Shown here: positions 49,118 through 57,716 of the stretch, in pieces
How positions within the stretch are numbered: position 1 is the first letter of the stretch
Layout: each line of letters opens with the position of its first letter
Assembly (NCBI GenBank): GCA_043797085.1
Contig: JAZDQA010000007.1
Location: 84,603-148,602 of the forward strand
Direction: 5' to 3'
Source of the DNA: Pseudomonadota bacterium
GTDB lineage: Bacteria > Campylobacterota > Campylobacteria > Campylobacterales > Sulfurimonadaceae
DNA length: 64,000 nt
Notes under the pieces: generated by a model
Database searches by the model: none
What the model was told of the DNA's origin: nothing
Seen by the model: only the letters and a program-made list of their open reading frames with translations
Translations under genes and position numbers: made by a program

Positions 49118-50260
49118 ATGAACAATGTATATATTACGAAAATGACCGCATTTTTACCCAATGATCCGGTAACTAATGATCAAATAGAAGAAGTTCTAGG
49201 GGCGGTTGGCGGTGTAAAATCCCGTGCTAAAAATATTGTTTTGCGTAGTAATGGTATTAAAACTCGTCATTATATTCTCGATCCAAAGACACGGCAGCCA
49301 CTGTTTACCAATGCCTCTATGACGGCTTATGCCATTCGAGCTTTGGAAGATGAGACGTTTAGTTTGGACGAGATTGGATGTTTGGCATGCGGTACGACCT
49401 CCCCCGATCACCTTATGCCCAATCATGCTCTTATGACACAAGGAGAGCTAGGATTACATGCCTGTGAGGCAATTGCTACGTCGGGGATTTGCCTCAGCGG
49501 TATCACGGCGATGAAATACGCCTATATGACAGTCGCATCCGGTGAACATACGAGTGCTGTATCGACGGGTTCTGAAATCGCATCCATGGTGATGAGGGCA
49601 GAGATGTTTACGTGCGATGCTCAAGATAGTGAGATTATCGAAAAGCGTCCTGAAATCGCCTTTGGAAAAGATTTTTTACGCTGGATGCTCTCGGATGGTG
49701 CGGGTTGTGCATTGTTGCAAAATATTCCGAATAAAACAGGGCTTTCCCTGAAAATCCAGTGGATCGATATTCTCTCGTATGCGGGTGAAATGCCGACATG
49801 TATGGTCAGCGGAGCACTTCAAGACAACGAGGGGAACTATCAGCCGTGGAGAGAGCTTGATCCCTCTTTTTGGCGTGAGAAAACAGTCTTTGCCGTAGAG
49901 CAAGACGTCAAACTTCTGAATGAAAATATTGTCCATTACACGGTGGAAAAACCGCTTCAAAGTATTATAAAAAAACGAAATTTGAGAGCAGATGAGATCG
50001 ATTATTTCTTGCCCCATTATTCCTCAGAGTATTTTCGGGACAAGATGGCATTAGGGTTGGAAAAGGTTGGTTTTGCCATACCGAGTGAAAAGTGGTTTAC
50101 GAATCTGACCCAAAAAGGGAATACGGGAAGTGCGTCTATTTATATCATTCTCGAAGAATTGTTTAATTCCGGTAAGCTTCAAATCGGTGAAAAAATTCTC
50201 TGTTTTATTCCGGAAAGTGGACGTTTTTCGACCGCATTTATGTTGCTTGAGGTGGTGTAG
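49118..50260 (+). CDS. darB: DarB/StlD family ketosynthase III
   Basis: FLPNDPV, NGIKTRHY, GICLSG, DFLRWMLSDGAG, PHYSS, GNTGSAS, PESGRF. Confidence 0.9.
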   Translation: MNNVYITKMTAFLPNDPVTNDQIEEVLGAVGGVKSRAKNIVLRSNGIKTRHYILDPKTRQPLFTNASMTAYAIRALEDETFSLDEIGCLACGTTSPDHLMPNHALMTQGELGLHACEAIATSGICLSGITAMKYAYMTVASGEHTSAVSTGSEIASMVMRAEMFTCDAQDSEIIEKRPEIAFGKDFLRWMLSDGAGCALLQNIPNKTGLSLKIQWIDILSYAGEMPTCMVSGALQDNEGNYQPWRELDPSFWREKTVFAVEQDVKLLNENIVHYTVEKPLQSIIKKRNLRADEIDYFLPHYSSEYFRDKMALGLEKVGFAIPSEKWFTNLTQKGNTGSASIYIILEELFNSGKLQIGEKILCFIPESGRFSTAFMLLEVV

Positions 50261-50665
50261 ATGAAAAGAGACGAAGCTCCTCAGGATAATATCGCCATGT
50301 ATCATGGAGGACGAAAAGCCCTTTATGCAGTAGCGGATGAGGGAAAATTTGAGATTACCCAAAGCAGTGGCTGGAGTGTTGAAGAGATGGCAACATTGCA
50401 AGCAGTAGATGAGTTTGAGCGTTTGGAGCGTGAAGCGTATCGAGAGTTTAGCGAAGGGAAAAATTCACCATTAGGTGTCTGGATGTATCGTCGTCGCATG
50501 AGTATCGCCACGTTATCCCAATGTACAGGTTTTTGGCAATGGAGTATCAAGCGTCATCTAAAACCCGATATTTTTAAGAGACTAAGTTCCCCAAAAATTG
50601 CCCTTTATTGTGATGTTTTTGATATAACAGCCGAAGAGTTACGTAACCCAAAGGAGCCAAAATGA
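50261..50665 (+). CDS. Conserved hypothetical protein of flexirubin-type clusters (HTH-like C-terminus)
   Basis: PQD, YAV, SSGWSVE, SPL, IKRHLKP motifs; located between darB and the BtrH-like gene. Confidence 0.65.
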   Translation: MKRDEAPQDNIAMYHGGRKALYAVADEGKFEITQSSGWSVEEMATLQAVDEFERLEREAYREFSEGKNSPLGVWMYRRRMSIATLSQCTGFWQWSIKRHLKPDIFKRLSSPKIALYCDVFDITAEELRNPKEPK

Positions 50666-51654
50666 ATAAGTCGTTTGTTCATAGTCATGCGGCACATTGC
50701 GAAAGCGGTGTCGTTTCATCACTCCTTACACACGCAGGGTATCCTATCAGTGAGGCAATGGCGTTTGGACTGGGAAATGGGTTGACCTTCGCCTATTTAC
50801 CCATTGTAAAAATCGATGGGATGCCTCTCGTCGCGTACCGAATGCCGCCGAAAAGTATCCTCAAAACCGTAGAAAAAAGACTCGGTCTGGATGTCAAAAT
50901 CAAAAAATATTCCAATCCTCAAAGCGCCCGTGAGGATTTGATAACAATGGTGGATGCGGGTAAATTTGTGGGGCTTCAAACGTCGGTGTATTACCTACCT
51001 TATTTTCCTCCTGAGATGCGGTTTCATTTTAATGCCCATAATTTAGTGGTATATGGAAAAAGTGATACGGGCTTTTTAATCAGTGACCCTGTATTCGAGC
51101 ATCCTGTGGAAGTAGAGTTTAATGCACTCGATAAAGCCCGTTTTGCCCGTGGAGTATTTGCTCCCAAGGGTGCGTGTTATACGATAGAAAAAATCCCTGA
51201 AAAAATTGATTTGGCAAAAGCCATCAAAAAAGCCATTAACCGTACTTGTAATATGATGCTTTATACCCCTTTTCCATGGGTGGGATTGCGTGGTATCGGG
51301 ATGATGAAACGTGCTATCTTGAAACTTCCAAATCATCCACACAAACGGTATGCTTCTTTGTATTTAGGGCATATTATCCGAATGCAAGAAGAGATAGGGA
51401 CAGGCGGCGGCGGATTTCGTTTGATGTATGCCGCCTTTTTGTCTGAGTGTGCAGAGGTGCTTGGGCGTGAGGAACTAAAAACTGCATCCTCTATGATGGG
51501 GGCAGTGGGAGATAAGTGGAGAATATTTGCACTCTCCTGCTCTAAAGCATGTAAAGGAAATGAATATTCCGTTGAAGAGATTGCTCAAAAACTCCAAGAG
51601 TGCAGGGACAGTGAAGAGCGTGTATACCGTTTTTTAAAAGGGTTAAAATTATGA
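50662..51654 (+). CDS. BtrH-like / DUF4872 cysteine-peptidase-fold protein
   Basis: AAHCESG, SEAMAFG, FHFNAHN, ISDP, QEEIGTGGGGFR. Confidence 0.8.
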   Translation: MNKSFVHSHAAHCESGVVSSLLTHAGYPISEAMAFGLGNGLTFAYLPIVKIDGMPLVAYRMPPKSILKTVEKRLGLDVKIKKYSNPQSAREDLITMVDAGKFVGLQTSVYYLPYFPPEMRFHFNAHNLVVYGKSDTGFLISDPVFEHPVEVEFNALDKARFARGVFAPKGACYTIEKIPEKIDLAKAIKKAINRTCNMMLYTPFPWVGLRGIGMMKRAILKLPNHPHKRYASLYLGHIIRMQEEIGTGGGGFRLMYAAFLSECAEVLGREELKTASSMMGAVGDKWRIFALSCSKACKGNEYSVEEIAQKLQECRDSEERVYRFLKGLKL

Positions 51655-52769
51655 AGCTTGCGAATAGCGTTTACCTAAATGCCTTTAGTTGTGCCTGTGC
51701 GGCAGGATTAACCATCGAAGAAATTTTTGAGACATTGCTTCGTGGAAACTGCGCTATTACGAATCAAAGCGGTTATGTTGACGGTGCCATTATGCCTTTG
51801 GGTAAGATACCAAGCGAACGTAATTTTTTCGAGTTGTTAGAGGAGAATGTAGCATCGCTTCTTCACAAAACTCCATGGTTGGTTCCCAGTGAGACCATTG
51901 TTTTAGTTGGCTCTTCCGTGGGAGGGATGTGCGTAGCCGAGAAGACGTTTTTTAATGAGGGGAGTTTAAACAATATTACGATTGAAGAGCTCTCCATTCG
52001 TGCCATTGCGGATAAAGTTGTACAAAAATTTGGATTTAAATCGGCATTATCCTTTTCAACCGCTTGTACGAGCAGTTCCATTGCCATTGATTTTGCTTAC
52101 GATTTGATAGGTCAAGGGCTATATAAAACGGTAGTAGTTATCGGTGCGGATGAGCTGAGTCGTTCGGCGGTCAATGGTTTTGACAGACTGGGGATTGCTT
52201 CACATTTTCCAACGCGACCTTTTGATGTGGAACGAAACGGCATTAATGTAGCGGAGGGGATAGCGGTATTGGCTCTATCCTCTTCAAAAACACCTGAATG
52301 CGTCGAAATTATGGGATGCGGGGTAAGTTCCGATGCCTACAACATCACCCACCCGCATCCGGAAGGTGAAGGGGCGATGGCTGCTATGAACCAAGCATTG
52401 CAAGTCGCTGGGATAGATGCTTCTAGTATCGATTATATCAATGCGCATGGGACGGGGACTATTGCTAATGATGAGATTGAGAGTGCTTCCATTGAAAAAC
52501 TTTTTGGCGGACATCCTTTTGTCGTTTCAACTAAAGCCGTTACGGGACATACTTTAGGGGCTTGCGGTGCATTGGAAGCGGCGATTAGCGCTATGAGTAT
52601 TGTTCATAACATCATACCTGCGTGTAGCAATCTCACAACAGCGGTCAATGGTTCACTTTCACATCCGTTAGAATCGATACGGACGGAAGTTAATTATGTA
52701 CTTTCGAATGCTTTTGGTTTTGGGGGCGGTAATGTGTCACTTGTATTAGGAAAAGTTCATGCAGATTAA
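51651..52769 (+). CDS. Beta-ketoacyl synthase (KS)
   Basis: STACTSS, NAHGTGT, GHTLGA, FGFGG. Confidence 0.9.
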   Translation: MKLANSVYLNAFSCACAAGLTIEEIFETLLRGNCAITNQSGYVDGAIMPLGKIPSERNFFELLEENVASLLHKTPWLVPSETIVLVGSSVGGMCVAEKTFFNEGSLNNITIEELSIRAIADKVVQKFGFKSALSFSTACTSSSIAIDFAYDLIGQGLYKTVVVIGADELSRSAVNGFDRLGIASHFPTRPFDVERNGINVAEGIAVLALSSSKTPECVEIMGCGVSSDAYNITHPHPEGEGAMAAMNQALQVAGIDASSIDYINAHGTGTIANDEIESASIEKLFGGHPFVVSTKAVTGHTLGACGALEAAISAMSIVHNIIPACSNLTTAVNGSLSHPLESIRTEVNYVLSNAFGFGGGNVSLVLGKVHAD

Positions 52770-53409
52770 TTTAGAAATACTTGGCTTCGCTACGGTTGAA
52801 GATCCTCAAAAATGTACGGCGTTAAATGAAAAAACCGTGGTAAGCGATATGATGTTGCGCAGACGATTGACGCGCAATGCCCGTATGGCTCTTTATTTAA
52901 CCGACCAAATTGGTGATTTTACTTCTCCCATTGTCATTGGCAATGCATACGGAGAAGTAGCCGAAACATTTGATATTCTCCGTTGTATCGCTGCCAATGA
53001 AACCGTAAGTCCTACCGCATTTCAGAATTCTGTGCACAATACCCCAGCATCTTACCTCTCTATTGTTGGGCAAAACAAGGGATATATTACGACCGTAAGT
53101 GATTTGCATGAAACGTCTGCTTCGGTCTTAAAAGTGGGTGCGGTCAAATCTCTCACGTTTGAAACGCTGCTTCTTATTGTCAGCGACTCCATTGATTTTG
53201 AACGAGTTGAGGAACTCAATCGTTGTGGCATAACACTAAAAGAGTGCGCAGCAGCATTACAAGTACGTCATAGTCAAAAAGAGGCGACAATGACATTGAG
53301 CGGTAAAGCATATGACGGATATTCGCCGAGCATTTGGGCTATGCTGGAAATTATTGAAAAAATGGGTGAAAGCAATGGTTCTGAGGTTATTGTCGCTATC
53401 GAGATTTAA
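52759..53409 (+). CDS. Chain length factor (ApeC-like)
   Basis: RRRLTR and VSPTAFQNSVHNT motifs. Confidence 0.82.
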   Translation: MQINLEILGFATVEDPQKCTALNEKTVVSDMMLRRRLTRNARMALYLTDQIGDFTSPIVIGNAYGEVAETFDILRCIAANETVSPTAFQNSVHNTPASYLSIVGQNKGYITTVSDLHETSASVLKVGAVKSLTFETLLLIVSDSIDFERVEELNRCGITLKECAAALQVRHSQKEATMTLSGKAYDGYSPSIWAMLEIIEKMGESNGSEVIVAIEI

Positions 53410-54188
53410 AATGCAACGGTGTCGTAATCGTTAAGTATTTTCCCTCCGTTACGAAGTAATTGCAGGGTTTTTAGCTCATGGATGATGGTGGGGGAAAACA
53501 GCGTTTTAAGATGCATGGCATAGATTTTAAAATCATCTCTTTGACACTGTTCGAGTTCGCTTTTTAGCAAGGCCGGGGTGAGATGTTTACTGTCAAATGC
53601 AAGTTTCTCAAAGCTTGAGGGAAAAGATACCTCAATGACGAGCGTATGAATATGCGAATTTTTATCCAATAATTCCCAAATACGGGAACATCGGTAGGTG
53701 TCGGCACTAAAAAGAATCCCTGAACCGTTTTTTTCGATGATATAGCCACAGCTTCCATCGGTATGATTGGTTTTAAAAGGCTTTAGCACGACATCATCGA
53801 TAGGGTAGCTTTTATCGATCTCTATTTCGATCAGTTCAATGGTTTTATCATCATGCCCGATGAGGTTGATCTCTTCAAAATTAGGCCAAATCCGTTGGTT
53901 GAAAATAAACCGACGTAAATCATCCAATGTTGCTTTAAGACCGTAAATTTTGAGAGCAATTGATTTTTGGGTAACAAATAAATCAGCTAGAAAAGGGATG
54001 TCAATAATGTGATCCAGGTGCGAATGAGTCAGAAAAATATGCTCAATTGTAAAAATATCTTCTTCAAGCGTGTTGATAAGATTACCCGCATCAATAACAC
54101 AGTGTTTGGATACGCGAACGCAGGTTGTCCCTTGTGTGCGGGTACGTGTTCCACCGGTGCCTAAAAATTCGATAGCGTTCATTTTCAT
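53406..54188 (-). CDS. Metallo-beta-lactamase-fold cyclic nucleotide phosphodiesterase (class II-like)
   Basis: IDAG, THSHLDH, IWPNF, EVSFP, HLTP. Confidence 0.8.
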   Translation of the reverse strand: MKMNAIEFLGTGGTRTRTQGTTCVRVSKHCVIDAGNLINTLEEDIFTIEHIFLTHSHLDHIIDIPFLADLFVTQKSIALKIYGLKATLDDLRRFIFNQRIWPNFEEINLIGHDDKTIELIEIEIDKSYPIDDVVLKPFKTNHTDGSCGYIIEKNGSGILFSADTYRCSRIWELLDKNSHIHTLVIEVSFPSSFEKLAFDSKHLTPALLKSELEQCQRDDFKIYAMHLKTLFSPTIIHELKTLQLLRNGGKILNDYDTVAF

Positions 54189-54331
54189 TTACCCCTCGTA
54201 AAATTTAATTATAGTGTAAATAAAGTGAATTTAACCCTTGAAATAAACTGGGTGTTTATTGAGCACTGTTTGGTCGTTATTTTAGAGAAATTTGTGCTAT
54301 CCTTGTTTATAAACTTGCACAAGGAAGCCTG

Positions 54332-57300
54332 ATGTCGCTCAAAGTTGTCCTCTCCCATAAAACACATTATGAATTTGATAAGCCGATTAACCTTTCTCCT
54401 CATATTATCCGTCTCCGTCCTGCTCCTCATAGCCGTACTCCAATCGAAGCGTATTCGCTGAAGATTAAGCCAGATAACCATTTTATCAACTGGCAGCAAG
54501 ACCCATTTGGAAACTATCTTGCCCGAATTGTTTTTCCCGAAAAAACGACGGAGCTTTCTATTGATGTGGAGGTACTCGCCGAGTTGGTGAGTATTAATCC
54601 TTTTGACTATTTTGTTGAAGAGAGTGCGGAGCAATTTCCTTTTAGTTACAGCAAGGCAATGGAAAAAGAACTTTCACTTTATTTGGAAGTCACTGAAAAT
54701 GGTAAAAAACTCAAAGCTTTTGTGGATTCCATTGATTTAACACCTCGGCCTCTTAATGATTTCCTTGTAGGGCTTAATACAAAAATCAATCAGCATCTCA
54801 ACTATACTCTCCGTATGGAACCGGGCGTGCAAACGTGTGCGCAGACGCTGAAAACTCAATTGGGCTCTTGTCGTGATTTCGCATGGCTGTTTGTTCAGGT
54901 ATTCCGTCATTTGGGACTGGCTGCTCGTTTTGTATCAGGATATTTGGTACAGCTTGCCGCCGATGTTAAATCGCTTGACGGTCCTAGTGGTCCTGCAGAA
55001 GATTTTACCGATTTACACGCATGGACGGAGGTTTATATTCCGGGTGCAGGCTGGATCGGGTTGGACTCTACGAGCGGATTATTCGCAGGGGAGGGGCATA
55101 TTCCGTTGGCGTGTACCCCAAGTCCTGAGAGTGCCGCCCCTGTGGAGGGCGGTATGGATAAATGTGAGGTAGAGTTTACCTACTCTAACACCGTAACGCG
55201 TGTGTTTGAATCTCCCCGTGTTACGAAGCCGTACCGTGAAGAGCAATGGGATGCGATCAAAGCTTTGGGATACGAAGTAGATAAAGAGCTGGTTGCGAAT
55301 GATGTGCGCATGACGATGGGGGGAGAGCCGACATTCGTCTCCATCGATGACCAAGAATCACCTCAATGGAACACCGAAGCCGATGGTCCCCATAAGCGTC
55401 AGCTTGCCAATATTCTTGCTCGTAAATTGCTTAATACCTTTGGAAAAGGGGGGATGCTTCATCATGCGCAGGGAAAATGGTATCCTGGTGAGCCGTTGCC
55501 ACGATGGATGAGCACGGTTTTCTGGCGTAAAGACGGTCAGCCGATTTGGAAAAATCATGATCTTTTGGCTGGATTGGATCAAACCTTTGATTATACTCAT
55601 GAAGACGCACAGAACTTTTTGTCCAAACTCAGCCTCAATCTTGGAATCAGCGACCAAAATATTGAAGGTGCATATGAAGATCCTCTCGTAGCACTTTTAA
55701 ACGAGGCACTGCTGCCTATCGATGTCGATCCGTTAAAAGCCAATCTTAAAGATCCGCTGGAGCGACGTGCTCTTGCCAAACAGCTTAGTCATGGATTGGA
55801 TATTCCCAGCGGATATGTATTGCCATTAGGATGGGGTGCAACGCGTTGGATTACCTCTGGATGGGAATTTCGCCGTGGTCATTTGTTTCTTGCAGCAGGG
55901 ACATCGGCGGTAGGATTGCGATTGCCGTTGGATTCATTAATGCTCAAACCTCATACCGAGTTGGAACAAAGTTTTGAGCCTGATTTGTTTGCATCCTATC
56001 CGGCATTGGGTGAATATCATACAGCAGTTGAAAGTCGTGCCAAAAAAACGACCAAAAATACAAAAGACAGTACTGATTACGAGGCATTTGTTCGTACGGC
56101 AATTTGCGCTGAAGTAAGAGAAAAAAAGCTTTATCTTTTTCTTCCTCCGATCATGCAGCTTGAAGCCTTTTTGGATTTGATAGCGTCTATCGAAATAACA
56201 GCATCCCAGCTTAATATGCCTGTGATGATTGAGGGCTATGAACCTCCGAGTGATTTGCGCATCGAAAAAATCCGAGTTACACCGGATCCGGGAGTTATCG
56301 AAGTCAACATCCACCCGACAAGCAGTTGGGAAGAGCTTAATGATGTGATCGGAACATTGTATGAACAGGCCCATTTTTCACGTTTAGGCACAGAAAAGTT
56401 TATGCAAGACGGTAAGCACACGGGGACAGGCGGAGGAAATCACGTCACTATTGGCGGAATCACTCCAAGCGACAGCCCATTATTACGAAATCCTGATTTG
56501 TTACGTTCATTGATCACGTTTTGGCAACACCATCCGGGCTTATCCTATCTCTTTTCGGGGCCGTTTATCGGACCAACATCTCAAGCTCCTCGTGTCGATG
56601 AAGGAAGAGCTGAAAATCTCTATGAGCTTGAAATCGCATTTTCGCAGATTCCAGAAGGGCAGGAAGTACCGTTTTGGCTCACCGACCGACTTTTCCGGCA
56701 CATGCTCACCGACATTACAGGAAATACCCATCGCAGTGAGTTTTGTATCGACAAACTGTATTCGCCGGATTCGTCAACAGGGCGATTGGGAATTTTAGAG
56801 TTGCGCGGTTTTGATATGCCTCCACATGCTCAAATGTCGTTGATGCAAATGCTGTTAGTGCGAACGTTGGTATCGCTGTTCTGGCGTAAACCGTACAAAC
56901 ATAAACTGGTACGCTGGGGAACACAGCTTCACGATAAATTTTTGATCGAACATTATGTCAGGGAAGACATTAATGATGTTGTTGAGTTTTTACGAGGTGA
57001 AGGATATGGATTTGAACTGAGCTGGTTTGATCCTTTCTTTGAATTTCGTTTCCCTCTCCACGGTATGAGCAATGTTGGAAATATTCAATGTGAATTACGA
57101 GCAGGCATTGAACCGTGGCATGTATTGGGTGAGGAATCAAGCTCTCAAGGAACGGCACGTTATGTGGATTCATCTTTAGAGCGTGTGCAGGTAAAAGTGC
57201 GCGATTTTGTCCATGAACGACATATTTTGACGTGTAATGGCGTGAAGGTACCCTTGGTCAATACAGGCGTTGAGGGTGAGTACGTTTCGGGTGTCCGCTA

Positions 57301-57706
57301 CCGTGCTTGGCAGCCATGGTCGGCATTGCATCCAACGATTGGGGTAGATACACCGTTGGTATTTGATGTGGTAGACACATGGAGCAAACGATCATTGGGT
57401 GGATTTACGTATTTTGTTTCACATCCGGGCGGACGATCGTATGACAGCTTCCCTGTAAATTCTCTGGAAGCGCAATCACGTCGTATCAGTCGATACTGGG
57501 GCTTTGGACACACGCAAGGAGAAGTAGAAGAGCTACGTCCTCCGGTCAAAGAACAAGAGCCTAACGATAAATCGGAAACATCACGCAGTGTGCTAAAAAA
57601 TGATAATGCTAAAACATTCCAGTATCAAGAGCTAGAGGGAAGTCTTGAATACCCTCACACCTTGGATTTGCGTCGCAAGTGGAGCCCAAATGAGACGAAA
57701 AGGTAA
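54332..57706 (+). CDS. Transglutaminase domain plus DUF2126 amidoligase-like protein
   Basis: GSCRD, DLHAW, TMGGEPTF, PDPGVIEVN, GTGGGNH, ELRGF. Confidence 0.9.
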   Translation: MSLKVVLSHKTHYEFDKPINLSPHIIRLRPAPHSRTPIEAYSLKIKPDNHFINWQQDPFGNYLARIVFPEKTTELSIDVEVLAELVSINPFDYFVEESAEQFPFSYSKAMEKELSLYLEVTENGKKLKAFVDSIDLTPRPLNDFLVGLNTKINQHLNYTLRMEPGVQTCAQTLKTQLGSCRDFAWLFVQVFRHLGLAARFVSGYLVQLAADVKSLDGPSGPAEDFTDLHAWTEVYIPGAGWIGLDSTSGLFAGEGHIPLACTPSPESAAPVEGGMDKCEVEFTYSNTVTRVFESPRVTKPYREEQWDAIKALGYEVDKELVANDVRMTMGGEPTFVSIDDQESPQWNTEADGPHKRQLANILARKLLNTFGKGGMLHHAQGKWYPGEPLPRWMSTVFWRKDGQPIWKNHDLLAGLDQTFDYTHEDAQNFLSKLSLNLGISDQNIEGAYEDPLVALLNEALLPIDVDPLKANLKDPLERRALAKQLSHGLDIPSGYVLPLGWGATRWITSGWEFRRGHLFLAAGTSAVGLRLPLDSLMLKPHTELEQSFEPDLFASYPALGEYHTAVESRAKKTTKNTKDSTDYEAFVRTAICAEVREKKLYLFLPPIMQLEAFLDLIASIEITASQLNMPVMIEGYEPPSDLRIEKIRVTPDPGVIEVNIHPTSSWEELNDVIGTLYEQAHFSRLGTEKFMQDGKHTGTGGGNHVTIGGITPSDSPLLRNPDLLRSLITFWQHHPGLSYLFSGPFIGPTSQAPRVDEGRAENLYELEIAFSQIPEGQEVPFWLTDRLFRHMLTDITGNTHRSEFCIDKLYSPDSSTGRLGILELRGFDMPPHAQMSLMQMLLVRTLVSLFWRKPYKHKLVRWGTQLHDKFLIEHYVREDINDVVEFLRGEGYGFELSWFDPFFEFRFPLHGMSNVGNIQCELRAGIEPWHVLGEESSSQGTARYVDSSLERVQVKVRDFVHERHILTCNGVKVPLVNTGVEGEYVSGVRYRAWQPWSALHPTIGVDTPLVFDVVDTWSKRSLGGFTYFVSHPGGRSYDSFPVNSLEAQSRRISRYWGFGHTQGEVEELRPPVKEQEPNDKSETSRSVLKNDNAKTFQYQELEGSLEYPHTLDLRRKWSPNETKR

Positions 57707-57716
57707 ATGATTAAGA

